This document shows positions 40,874 to 52,270 of a stretch of 64,000 bases of DNA, in pieces (within the stretch, counting starts at the first letter, position 1; the number at the start of each line of letters is the position of its first letter). The stretch lies in the NCBI GenBank assembly GCA_043228905.1, contig JBHGNT010000002.1:15810001-15874000 (forward strand), given 5' to 3'. Origin of the DNA: Azolla caroliniana (lineage: Eukaryota > Plantae > Polypodiophyta). Both the position numbers and the translations under genes were made by a program. Under the pieces are notes generated by a model. It saw only the letters and a list, made by a program, of their open reading frames with translations. It was not told the origin of the DNA and searched no databases.

Positions 40874-43800
40874 ATGTTCAGCCAAATGGAAGGGGAAGAA
40901 GGGTGTTTAGAATTACCCCTCAATGATCATAAGGATAGGGATGATGCTATCAGGACACAACAAGCCATACGAAACTATTGGGCAGAAAAAAAAAGGAAAC
41001 ATCGTCAATTGTTGAAGGATACGAAAGCCACACTCAGTAAAGGTAAGGATAGTTTAGTTGAGAATGTAAGTAATGCGACTACCATCATAGAGAGAAAGGT
41101 TGTAGACTATTTCAATGTTCAAACTAAGCACATCAGCAATGAAGAAAAGAAGGTAGTACTTTATGAAATATGTAATGATCCATCGATAAAGGACTTAGTT
41201 GATTGTGATGGTCTTAATGCAAACATATCATCTATTTTAGTAAATAATCTTCGTAATAGTTTCGTATCCATGAGCAGGTTAGAAGATGATCTTGCCTTAA
41301 AAAGGTCTAGTCTAATGATGTTACTTAATAGTGATGTTGACGATATAAATATCAGTGAGCTATCTAAGGTAATTGGTGTTAGTAGAAAAACAGTGTACAA
41401 TACAATGAACCGTATAATTTCCTCGGGTGAAGGAACTAGTCTACTAAAGCTAACTACAAGATGTAAGCCAATGACACCCATAACATTTGAAATCAAGGAT
41501 GTAATCACAATGTTTTGGACTAATGAGAGTAGGGTTTCACCCAATAAAAAGGATTTATGCAAGAAACGTGTTGGAAGAAATCAATACGAGGAGCATCCTA
41601 TTCATCTTCTTGATGTACCTCAGGTATTTACATTTATCTCAACATTTGTTTTGACTCTACACAGAAAGTTAATTAGCTCAGTTAGCAGAAAAGCTAATTA
41701 GCTTATCAGTTACATTTACCTCAGTTAGATATTAGGATAGCTACTACATAGGTAACTGGCTACTCTCAATAGCTACTACCATGATAGCTAATTAGCTATT
41801 CTCAATAGCTAATTTAGGTACTACCAGATAATTAGTTGTCTTGGTAGCTAGTTAGTTATCATGGTAGCTAGTTAGTTATTTCGTTATTACCAGCTAATTA
41901 GCTACTAGGAAAGCTAATTAGCTACCATGATAGCTAATTAGCTACTAGGAAAGCTAATTAGCTAATTAGTTACTAGGAAAGCTAATTAGCTACCATGATA
42001 GCTAATTAGCTACTAAGACAGCTAATTAGCCACCATGATAGCTAATTAGCTACCATGATAGCTAATTAGTTACTAGGAAAGCTAATTAGCTACCATGATA
42101 GCTAATTAGCTACTAGGATAGCTAATTAGCCACCATGATAGCTAATTCGCTACTAGACCAGCTAATTAGCTACCATGATAGCTAATTAGCTACTAGACCA
42201 ACTAATTAGCTACCATGATAGCTAATTAGCTACTAGGAAAACTAATTAGCTACCATGACAACTAATTAGCTACTAGAATAGCTAATAAGCTACTAAAATA
42301 GCTAATAAGCTACTAGAATAGCTAATTAGCTACTAGGATAGTTAGCTAGTTACGAGAATAACTAATTCCCCTTTATTACGCAGGTCGATTTATTTATTAG
42401 GTTCAAACGAATGCATCCAACTATCAAAGTTCAACTACGAACATTCGAGTCTCTTAAGCCACACTTTGTGAGACGCTTAAAGGATCGATACACATGTTGT
42501 TGCATTTACCAAGTACAGATGGGTTTTCTGAAGGACTCTGTTAATCTACTACGTCACCATAGCGCATCCCTAACTAGTACAGTTTGCACATGTGGGTGCC
42601 CAATCTGTCGATCAAGCCCGCAAGAGGAGTGTAAATCATCTGAGCACGTTATCTCTTCCATGAGTTATTTATTAGATTCAATATTGTGTCCGAGAGAAAC
42701 TGACGATATCTTCCATATTCATAAATGTGTCATGGGTTTATGTCAAGATTGTGGCCCTACTAGATTTAGGTGGTGTCCAAATGAATTAAGTAGTGAAATA
42801 TTGATCTCTGTGAAGTTTTTTGAGTCAGTGAACACCAATTTCGAAGGAAAGGTGTGTAAAAGAAAGGATCTAGTTCGGAAGATGCTTAAACCAAGGGATT
42901 TGGTGTCTCTGTTTGTAGTATCTCTAAGAAAGTTCATTAAACACAACTTCATTTATTCATGGCAGGCCCATCAGTTTAAGACTTGCATATTTGATTTCCC
43001 AAATGATGTAGTAGTCTCAGTAGTAGATTTCGTAGAGAATTATTATACTTTCAAGCAGCAGAATGAAATTCAATCTATGCATTGGTGTTCAATTCAGGTA
43101 ACCATTTTTGTGCACATAACATATTTTTGAGTTTGAGGTGATGTTAAAAAAGTAAGTCATTTCTTTATTTCCGATGATAAGAAGCATGATACCTTGTTCG
43201 TCCAACACTGTTTTAAGTTACATTGGCAGTGGTTATTAGCTCAACGTTTGGAGCTTACTCAACATTGGGTCTGCTCTGACGGAGTTGCGTCACAATTCAA
43301 GGCTCGACGTCCATTTTATTTTGTGGGGAGGTATCCTGCTATAACAGGTTTGGAGATGAGATGGATTTTTTTTGGGTCTGGCCATGGTAAAGGTGAACAT
43401 GATGGTGCAGGGGCTGTTATAAAGCGGGCACTTACCCATGAACAACTAAAGACAGATGGTGTGCACATGAATTGTGCATCACATGTAGTTGAATTTTTAA
43501 GAACAAATATGTCAACGAGTGCAACAAGTGTTTATTCCTCGCAAGTCCGAGATATCAAATGTGAATTTTGGGAAGTGAAGATAGATGAAGTAAATAGGGA
43601 GAAGACCTGGGAGTGCCAAGGAATTCCCGAATTGCGATCTCTGCATGCTGTTCGTAGTTATTCTAGGTTGGATGGTCATTGTATTGCGGTTAGAGAATTG
43701 ACTTGTTTTTGCTTCCATTGTGTGCGGGGAAATTGGAGATATTGTCTAAACAAAGCATACATTCAGAATTTGGAGTATCACACTCTGAATGATAAGGAAG

Positions 43801-44228
43801 CAGTTGATGGAGAAACAGGGCAGAATGATGACTTCACATATGAGGGACTTGGAGATACTTCGAGTGATGTCCTGAACGTTGGGGATAACTTCGCTGTAAA
43901 TGCTGCAGAAGGCAATTCAGAGGGTGTTGATTTCTATATATTGAAGTGCACGGTTAGTGAACAGTGTGCGAGGCAGAATATTGTAGATGCATGGGGAAAT
44001 TTTGTATCTGCCGGGACATTCTACATCGAAGGCATTTTTTATGCAAAACTAGATGACTACGAATATGTGTACAGGCTGTTAGAAGACAAACCAGCGGCGT
44101 ACATGTACTCTCATTTGGTTAGGTGCATCAACGTCCCAATGTCAGAATACAATAGCTGCTCAGGTTTATACACTGTTGGTGCTAATGTGTATGAATGTAT
44201 TTACAATAGTATGCCATGGAATTTGTAG
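40874..44228 (+). pseudogene. Sola2-type transposase, two exons (40874-41623, 42384-44228), ~864 aa with two premature TGA
   Basis: CAG|GT at 41623 and CAG| at 42383 join in frame (HLLDVPQ|VDLFIRFKRMHP); motifs FESLKPHFV, Cys-rich region, DFVENY..QNEIQSMHW, SDD.KHD, SDG.ASQFK, GHGKGEHDGAG; in-frame TGA at 43128 and 43134. Confidence 0.85.
41690..42365. repeat. Intronic minisatellite, 20-bp units built on (TA)GCTAATTAGCTA
   Basis: Alternating GCTAATTAGCTACCATGATA / GCTAATTAGCTACTAGGAAA units inside the transposase intron. Confidence 0.95.
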
Positions 44229-44577
44229 CTACAAGTAGCAATTACCATGTTCTCTTGTAAAACAAACATGTATTTCGCGAAAACAGTTAAATAAACTCGT
44301 TTGAGAATCAATTTCTTGTATACAGTCTACTTTCTGTGCTTCTTTCTCAATTAAATCATGTCTTTTTTGTTAAGTTTTAATTTATAAGTTATAGCGAAAT
44401 AGTCATCAGTAGCTAATTAGCTGTACAAATGCAGCTAATTAGCTGTCAATAGCTAAATAGTCATCAATAGCATGAAATCAACAATCTGCAACATATTCCT
44501 CAAATTACACAGTAGATAAGTACAGTGGGAACAAGTAATTAAATTCTTCATTGAATAATGTCATCTCTTTACATATT

Positions 44578-45592
44578 TATAAATTACCATTGGAAATGTC
44601 TACAAATCTCCTATAAAGAGCTAAGCTCTTGCTAGTCAGTGGAACGAGTCTACATATATTATCCACATATCAATCTCGATATGGAGTCCACAACCATGCA
44701 CCTAGTTGGCAACTCACTGTTTGCACCAGGTACTGTTCAAGCATTTCCTCGGGTAGAATGAGACAGCATCTCCGAATATTGAAGTAGTGCCGGAAATGTT
44801 CTGTATCCAAAATCAATGTATTGTCGGCATTATATTCAGGCCAAGTAGCCCAAAAATCAGAAAGTCTCTTGAATCTTGCAGCTTCCATTTGCTCACAATT
44901 TTCTCGTGCCCTTTGACCTTTAAAACGACTTCGCCATTTTGGGAAGAATCTTGCTAAACACTTCCACACATCTGATTTTGGTTTTTCACTACAAATAAAC
45001 AAATCAAAGTATTGCACAGCCCACTCTAGAAACTGATTCACGTCCCTCCTTGGCTGCATATATCTCACACTCATCAAGACTTTATCAAGCTCCAAGATCA
45101 AGGCTCTTCTTTCGACTTCTAGTGGTTTAGGTTTCCATTCCTGAAACTGAGCCGCTGTTACACCATTTTCTGGTAGGACACGATCAATCTCAATCAGTTC
45201 AGGTTCGGCCGACACAACTGGCGTCCTTTTCCTCTTCAAACCCCTAGTCGACTGTGTTGGGCTTGGCTTCACATTCTGGTGCTCTTGTTTTGTCGACTTA
45301 GTTATCAATCCTTGGATTACCTCGGTGCATGTAGCTATTGATCTGCTCGATATCAGTCCACTGGTATCACATGCTGCATCTACGTGCAACACCAAGTCAT
45401 CCGTGCAACATGCTGCATCTACCTGCAACACCAAGTCATCTGTGCAACATGCTTGATCAACTTGTGTGACCAGATCACTTGTGTCAGATGCTACATCTAC
45501 TTTCAAGATGGGGCCCTTTAAACATGCCGCAACATCAACAGTATCCACACTGCCATTGGCCTTACGAGCAATAGAATCAAACCCTTTAGACT
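44578..45592 (-). CDS. Exon encoding an FCP1/NIF-like (HAD-fold) domain; probable last exon of the minus-strand transposon gene
   Basis: RALILELDKVL...RRDVNQFLEWAVQYFDLFICS...KRLSDFWATWPEYNADNTLILD resembles the FCP1-homology pattern; acceptor TGCAG| at 45593; the frame continues past the TGA at 44670 to a TAA at 44578. Confidence 0.6.
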
Positions 45593-46389
45593 CTGCAACA
45601 TCAGAAAACACCAACATATTCACACTCACAAAGTAACTAACAGTCTCACAAAACAACATCCTGAACATCAAAGAGTTTCAGTCATAGAACAACACTCTTC
45701 AAATTATCTTGGAAAAACATCATAGAGTTCCATTACATAATGTGGATAAAGCAACAACCAATCTGAGGTTTTACTTGTCCAACAGGATAGTAAAACTTTA
45801 TAAAACCCTAGCAAAATCCCTAAGCTAATAATCATATCCAACTAAACAGTATTTTGCTCCAGTACGTCTAGGCCCCTTGACCGAGTAACTGGTCTTGTTC
45901 CCGATCGTGGCCTCTTTTTCAGCCTTTTTTTGGCCGGTTGCCCATTTAGCCTTGCTTCTTTCACCCAATGCGCAAGTGTGTCCTCCTCCGACAACCTTCC
46001 CATCGCCTCAACAACTAATTGCACATCAACCGTTTCTTGAACTAGCTTTTCAAGTATAGAGGGATCTGTTTGGACATTTTCAGTAGTTGGGCTCGGTGGG
46101 GTGGAATCAAGGTCTTGAGATTCGAAGAAATGTTGCATCAAGTGTTCATAAACACTGTTGTTGTGAACCTCAAATTTACATGTTGTTTCCACTATTTCAT
46201 CGCATTTCACATCGTTGCCTAATTCAGTACATTGTTCCAAAAGAATAGGGTGGAGCTGATCTGAAGGAGATGTGATAGCAGGACTCTTACTTTTAGCCAC
46301 GTTGGCAGTAGTATCCTCATCTGTTGCAGCGTCATCAGCACCAGACACATCATGTGCCGTCCTTAATCCACAAGATTCTACAATAACAT

Positions 46390-47230
46390 GGCAGCTATTT
46401 AGGATGGCTAATTAGCTACTTTACTAAACTATGGTAGAAGCTAGGATAGCTAATTAGCTAGTACGATAGCTAATTAGGATAGCTAATTAGCTAGTATGAT
46501 AGCTAATTAGCTAGTACAATAGCTATTTAGGATAGCTAATTAGCTAGTATAATAGCTAATTAGCTACTTTACTCAACTATGGTAGTAGCTAGGATAGCTA
46601 ATTAGCTACTTTACTCAACTATGGTAGTAGCTAGGATAGCTAATTAGCTACTATGGTAGCTAATTAGCTACTTTACTCAACTATGGTAGTAGCTAGGATA
46701 GCTAATTAGCTACTTTACTAACTATGGTAGTAGCTAGGATAGCTAATTAGCTACTTTACTCAACTATGGTAGTAGCTAGGATAGCTAATTAGATACTTTA
46801 CTAACTATGGTAGTAGTTAGGATACCTAATTAGCTACTTTACTCAACTATGGTAGTAGCTAGGATAGCTAATTAGCTACTAGGATAGCTAATTAGTTGCC
46901 AGTAGCTAATTAGCTAGTAGGATAGCTAATTAGCTACTTTACACAACTATGGAGCTAGCTAATTAGCTATGAGTAGCTAATTAGCTAGTAGCTAACTAGC
47001 TGCCAGTAGCTAATTAGTTGCCAGTAGGATACCTAATTAGCTAGTAGCTAACTAGTTGCCACTTAGCTAATTAACTACTGTAGTAAACTATGGCAGTAGC
47101 TAATTAACTAATAGGATAGCTATTAGCTGCTTTAATCAACTATGGTAGTAGCTAATTAGCTACAACGATAGCAGCAAAATAGTTTCCATACTTTTTACGG
47201 CTTAGCTAATTAGAAAAGACTAAGCTTATT
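46390..47230. repeat. Intronic minisatellite, ~42-bp units containing TAGCTAATTAGCTA
   Basis: AGCTAATTAGCTACTTTACTCAACTATGGTAGTAGCTAGGAT repeated, inside the predicted intron 46378-47248. Confidence 0.93.
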
Positions 47231-48589
47231 AGCTACAGTATGGTATACCTGTTAGTTTTCTCCACTCATTTGGTAGAGTTGTACTGCAATCTCCCAAACA
47301 GAATGCAACAATTCGACAGGCATGTTGAAAACAAAGCAGATGGTATGTGTGGTTGCATGGTTGTAGGTGAACCAACAAAGACGCAGTTTTGTCCTGCACA
47401 CCTAACCCGCAAGCGATGCAACGTGCTTGAACTGTCAATAAATCATTTTCTGGTTCTCCTTCATTTGGTAAGGGAGCAAGAATGTTCAGGTCCAAATGCT
47501 GTCTGGTCCTTACCATTCCCTCCACAAAATGTAGCTGCTTCTTAAGGCAGCTAACTACCTGTTCTTGATGAATGTATTGTTCCTTCAACGCAACAGAGAA
47601 ATTTACCGATTAATTATTCCTGTTGTTGAAAGATACACCAACTTTGCTCAGGAATCGTTAACTATCTTGAAGCTTATCCAAATTGTAATCTGCAACAGTA
47701 TTTACACCTAGAAGGTCCAGGTTCATTGAAAGAACATGGATATCTATTTGCAGTTGTATTTTACACTGGGGATCCAATGGCCCCTCTAATTCAAGCTCTT
47801 GTTGCGCAACCTATTCCAGATAATGCTTGATTAGCACATTTTACCCTTAAAGTTATTTATAACACAATCACATATCAGCAAAACAATAGTTACTTGAATC
47901 TTATTTCTAATCGTTGTAACAGCGGAAGTAACTTTGCTCTCCATTGCAGAAGCCATTGTGGCTTTCTCTAAATCAGTCTTAAAAAATGCCAATGTCTCAC
48001 AGGCTTCATGGACATTTTTTAGCATATAGCTAACCAATGTCTCACCTGTATCATCGACATTGGCTTTCCTTGGGTGTCAGTGTGGTGTATGCCCTCGGTC
48101 TTGCTGGGAGTCGGCAATTGCATCAACAGCTGCCATGCTCCAAAATCTGTCTATTTTTTGTGCCAAGGTCCCCATCTTTCGGCATCTTTTTACCAATGCC
48201 TCACCATAGACTGCCCAAGCTACCCTATACATTTCAGCGTCTCTGGATTCCTTCGATGTTTTGCAGTAGTCATATGCAAATGCTCTAGCAAATGAAACTG
48301 ACAACTCATTGTTGACTGGGATCTCTTGATGAACTTTTTGGTGCAGCCTCATGCAGTCATCGTACAAGTCGGCTCGTACATGCTTCAGCTTGACCTTGCC
48401 TTTAACTCTAGGCACTGTATATACTCTCATCCAGTCTACATCACTGATCAATTTATCACTTAGGACAGCGGGGTCAACACCCTCGAGTGATAGACCATAG
48501 GTGTTGTGGAAGTCCTCCTTTGTCTCGCAAAATTTTGCGAAGTTTAGCACTCTCGGATACGGAGGAACGAGCCATCTGAAATATCATTT

Positions 48590-49090
48590 CAGAAATTAGA
48601 AATAGTGGAAAATCAGAATATGTCAGAATCAGAAACCCCAATCAACAACAACAGAAATAGTGCAAAATCTTTAACTTAGCAAATCAAAAACCCTAATCAT
48701 AATTTGTATTCAGAAATTTGAAATCAGAAACCCTAATCAAAATCTGTAATCAAAAGTTTGTAACCAGAAACCCTATTCAGAAATTCTAATCAGAAATTTA
48801 TAATCAAAAACCCTAATCAGAAATTTCAATTCCCTTATCAGAAATTTCAATCACAAACCCTAATCAGAAATCCTAAACAGAAATTTATAAACAAAAACCC
48901 TATTCAGAAATTCTAATCTATAACCAAAATTTGTAACCAGAAACCCTATTCAAAAATTCTAATCAGAAATTTATAATAAAAAACCCTAATCAGAAATTTC
49001 AATCACAAACCCTAATAAAAAATTCTAATCAGAAATTTATAAACAAAAACCCTAATTAGAAATTTCAATCAGAAACCCCAATCATCACTA
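48590..49090. repeat. Intronic AT-rich minisatellite with AAACCCTA(A/T)TCAGAAAT units
   Basis: Repeated AAACCCTAATCAGAAATT variants inside the predicted intron 48576-49129. Confidence 0.88.
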
Positions 49091-50499
49091 AAGACAGGAT
49101 TAAACACAAAAAAAGTAATATAAACACACTTGCTGCTGCTCCCCGATCTGTGAGACATCCTTGTATGGGACTCCAAGGACTTTGCCCTATTCGATTTTGG
49201 GGAAATATGAATCGGCACCAAAGTTCAGACAGTAATCAAAAAGAAAAAACAAATGTTTGGGGTTTCTGTAACTGAAACATACCTGGACGATGATCGAGCG
49301 GGTTCTGTGTTGTAGCTCTCAATCTGCAATGTCGATTTTCTGCTGTTGCGGGAGTTGCGTCTATGTTCGTGCTCTGAGTACTCCATTTGCGTTCAAAATC
49401 AAACTTAGGCTAAACAGGAAATTGATGACATTGAAGTCAACCTTAGATGATGGTGCTATTCCCCAAGTTCCACTACATCTGAAACAGAAGTTCAAATATT
49501 TGAGTTTTTTCATAAATTAAATTTTCAAATATTTGATTTTCCCACAAAAAAGACTAACTAAACAAATAGCTAATTAGCTATAGCCATTTTAGTAGCTAAT
49601 TAGCTATAATAATGTTTCCACTCACATGCTTTTACCCAATAAACTCTTAACAGTGGTATCAAAGCTTTTAGTAACAATTTTTTTTTTGTTTTGATATTTG
49701 TTGTGTGTGAGTGATGGGGATCTAACAAGGCTTGCCATGCTCTTCCCAGGATCAAAACAACACTGTAAACCCGGTATTCTTCTTTCTCGATCTCTCTTCT
49801 TTCTATGATGCGTTCTTGTTGGTGGAATCAAATTTGTATTACATTTTCCTTTCTTTCTTCTTTCTACCACGATACGATTTTAATTATTATTGTGCATCAA
49901 ACCGAGTGTGTTTGCACTAATCGCACACACTCAACTCATGGCCCTTTTGTATATTGCGATGTATCTTCTATGCTCCCCTCTCTTGAGCCTTCTCTTATGA
50001 TATTAATTATTGTTGTGCATTGGGTCGAGCGTGTTTGCCCTAATTGCACACACTCACCTCATGGCCCTTTTGCATATGATGTTGAGTATGCCACTCTTCC
50101 CTCTATTGAGCCATCACTTGGCCGAGTCTATGGGATGTTGTGGCCATGATGAGGTGTATGTCGCCTACCTATGCCACTCTACTCTCTATTGAGCCATCAC
50201 TTGGCCAATTCTATGGGATGTTGTGGTCTTGACGAGGTATATGTCACTTACCTATGTCACTTATGTCACAATTGTGCAAATTACAACCATCATATTGGGA
50301 TGTATATGTGCATACCTCACACCTCCCATTTATTTGTGACATTGTTTTTTTAGTAGGTAGCACATGGGTTTTTTTACCCTTGTTTTCGTCACTACTTGCC
50401 TCTAATGGGTAGTGCCTTATTTTATCATTTTTATCATCACATTTGCTTGTTACTCACAAGACTAGAATATTACATGCGAGTGCACTTATTTTTTCACAT

Positions 50500-52270
50500 T
50501 GTCGTAGTGTATTCATACACTACGTTGTCGCGTTGTTACGCGCGTGCGTGGGGAACAAGGCGGAACCACCGGGGTCTTGGACCGAGAAATAGCTGAGAAG
50601 GAGGAGAGCGGAAAGGCAACGGACGCTCTTACACACGCACAGACACGGAAGCACATAGGAATCACAATCCAACAACACAGCAAAACGAGACGACTAGAAG
50701 TCCGAGTATATGAACACGTATGTATATTAATATAAGTATATATATCGAGACGGTTACAACTAACAGGACGGCAAGGCGAACACCGAAGCCTATTCACTCA
50801 CACAAACAGAAGAGCGAGATGAAGATTCTACCAGAAGCACACGGGCGTTCCACGGAGCAGAATCAGCCTCCTGGGAGCTTGCGCAAAAGAAGGCTATGGA
50901 GAACGACAGAGAAGAAGAGCTCGGTCCCAGACCGACAGCACTTCGTTCCCTCTAGCACGCGATACCTTCTCTCCCCGTCTCCCTCTCTTTTATAGCTCAA
51001 GGAGGGAGGCCGCCTTGCCCGTTTACATCACATTAATTCTCTGTCCTTTTGGACAGAGATACTCCTTGATTTCCCTTACAGAATATTTCTATCTAGGATT
51101 TAATCTTTGTGCCTACCTATCTACTATACGACAAGGGATGTGCCCACGTGTAAGGGCCGGTTCACACACACTACACACGGTTTGCGCCTGAGGACGGTTT
51201 TCTTCACGACATCCGCCCCCACCTAACCGCGCATCCACCGGTATGCGCCAAAATTGGGTTCCTGCTTGGAGAAAACCGGTCCTTGCTTTTATTCCTCATT
51301 AACCGGTTCGTCCTCCGCCTCGGGCTGCTCGTCGTTGCTGTCCGTGCCTCCTAGCTCCGGCTCACCGTCGTGTCGTTTCTTGAATGCTTTGATCCTCTTC
51401 CCCGCCACCGGTATCACCATTCTCGTACTGTTGAGCTCCGCGAGATGGTACATCCCACTGCCGTTGGCGCCTGTTACTATGTAAGGCCCGAACCACCTCC
51501 TCGCAAACTTCCGTGTGGCCCTGTGCTGATTGTCGAGGCTGCTGTTGTAGACTAGCACCCAGTCGCCTTCCTCGATCTTCCTCGGCCGGAGCCGGTGTGT
51601 TCGGTCGAACCGGGCTTTGTTCCTTATCCTCGCTACCCAAAGTTTCTTCGCGGCTCGCTCTACGTCTTCCGGCCTCCACTTGAGCTGTCGAATCCGTGCC
51701 GCCAACAGTTCCTCCCGGCTCATCTCATCCCTCCAGTCCACCATGGCCCACAAGGAGATCGTTCGCTCTGTTGGCATGATCGGCTTCTGTCCGAACATCA
51801 GCTCGGTCGGCATGAACCCGATTACCGAACTGTGCGTACTCCGGTCCGCCCACAACGCATAAGGTAGCAGCCGTGGCCAGTCCCCGACTCGGCCTCCGCA
51901 CGCCTGTACTAGCGCTTTGACAATTGGCCCGTGTCCACGCTCCACCTTCCCGTTCGCCTCCGGATTGTACGCTGTGGTGAGCGAAAGTTTGACTCCTAGC
52001 CGGTCGAACAGCTCTTCGGCCTCCTCTGCGTCCAACTCACCACGGTCAGCCACGATCTTCCCTACGCACCCGTATCGGCATACCACGTCCTCGATCAAAA
52101 ACCGGCATACGGCTGCCGTCGTCTTGTTCTGTAGGGCTCGGCCTTCAAGCTGGTTCGTTAGATCTTCCCGAGCCAGCACCAGATACCGCATCTGTCCTAC
52201 CCCCATCGGCATCGTCACCAAATCCACCATCCACTTGAAGTGGATGGTCGGAGGGTAGGTCGGGTGAAGC
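50500..52270 (-). mobile_element. Gypsy element H 3' part (integrase, PPT, LTR), D/E-related family
   Basis: Integrase ORF 51289-52270 (LAREDLTNQLEGRAL, YNPEANGKVERGH, WFGPY); PPT GGTGGGGGCGGA; LTR 50500-51211 TGTCGTG...CGACA. Confidence 0.9.

Larger units (their letters stand above)
45842..49386 (-). pseudogene. Multi-exon transposon-borne gene encoding a RING-H2 finger protein
   Basis: Exons 49386-49283, 49186-49130, 48575-47894, 47810-47249, 46377-~45842 have GT-AG boundaries with matching phases (2,2,0,1); RING-H2 C-x2-C-x17-C-x-H-x2-H-x2-C-x10-C-x3-C at ~47290-47420; premature stops at 48077, 47660, 47612. Confidence 0.7.
39685..49637 (+). mobile_element. ~9.95-kb TIR DNA transposon, Sola2-like
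   Basis: TIRs GGGTGAAAGTATGCGAGTGGAAACA (39685-39709) and reverse complement GGGTAAAAGCATGTGAGTGGAAACA (49613-49637), 22/25 match; 4-bp TSD AATA on both sides; internal transposase. Confidence 0.88.
39264..49665 (+). mobile_element. LTR plus PBS of another retroelement, split by the DNA transposon insertion
   Basis: Right of the transposon the sequence ends CTCTTAACA (49652) followed by G-TGGTATCAAAGC; the left part 39264-39684 has a TATAAAT and LTR-like composition. The left boundary is approximate. Confidence 0.55.

Noticed and set aside
48590-49090. Interstitial telomere
   Set aside because: AAACCCT units are isolated within longer repeats, never tandem (TTTAGGG)n.
39685-49637. CACTA, hAT, Mutator or Harbinger assignment for the DNA transposon
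   Set aside because: Termini are GGG...CCC with a 4-bp TSD, not CACTA/3 bp, 8 bp, 9 bp or TWA; motifs fit Sola2 better.
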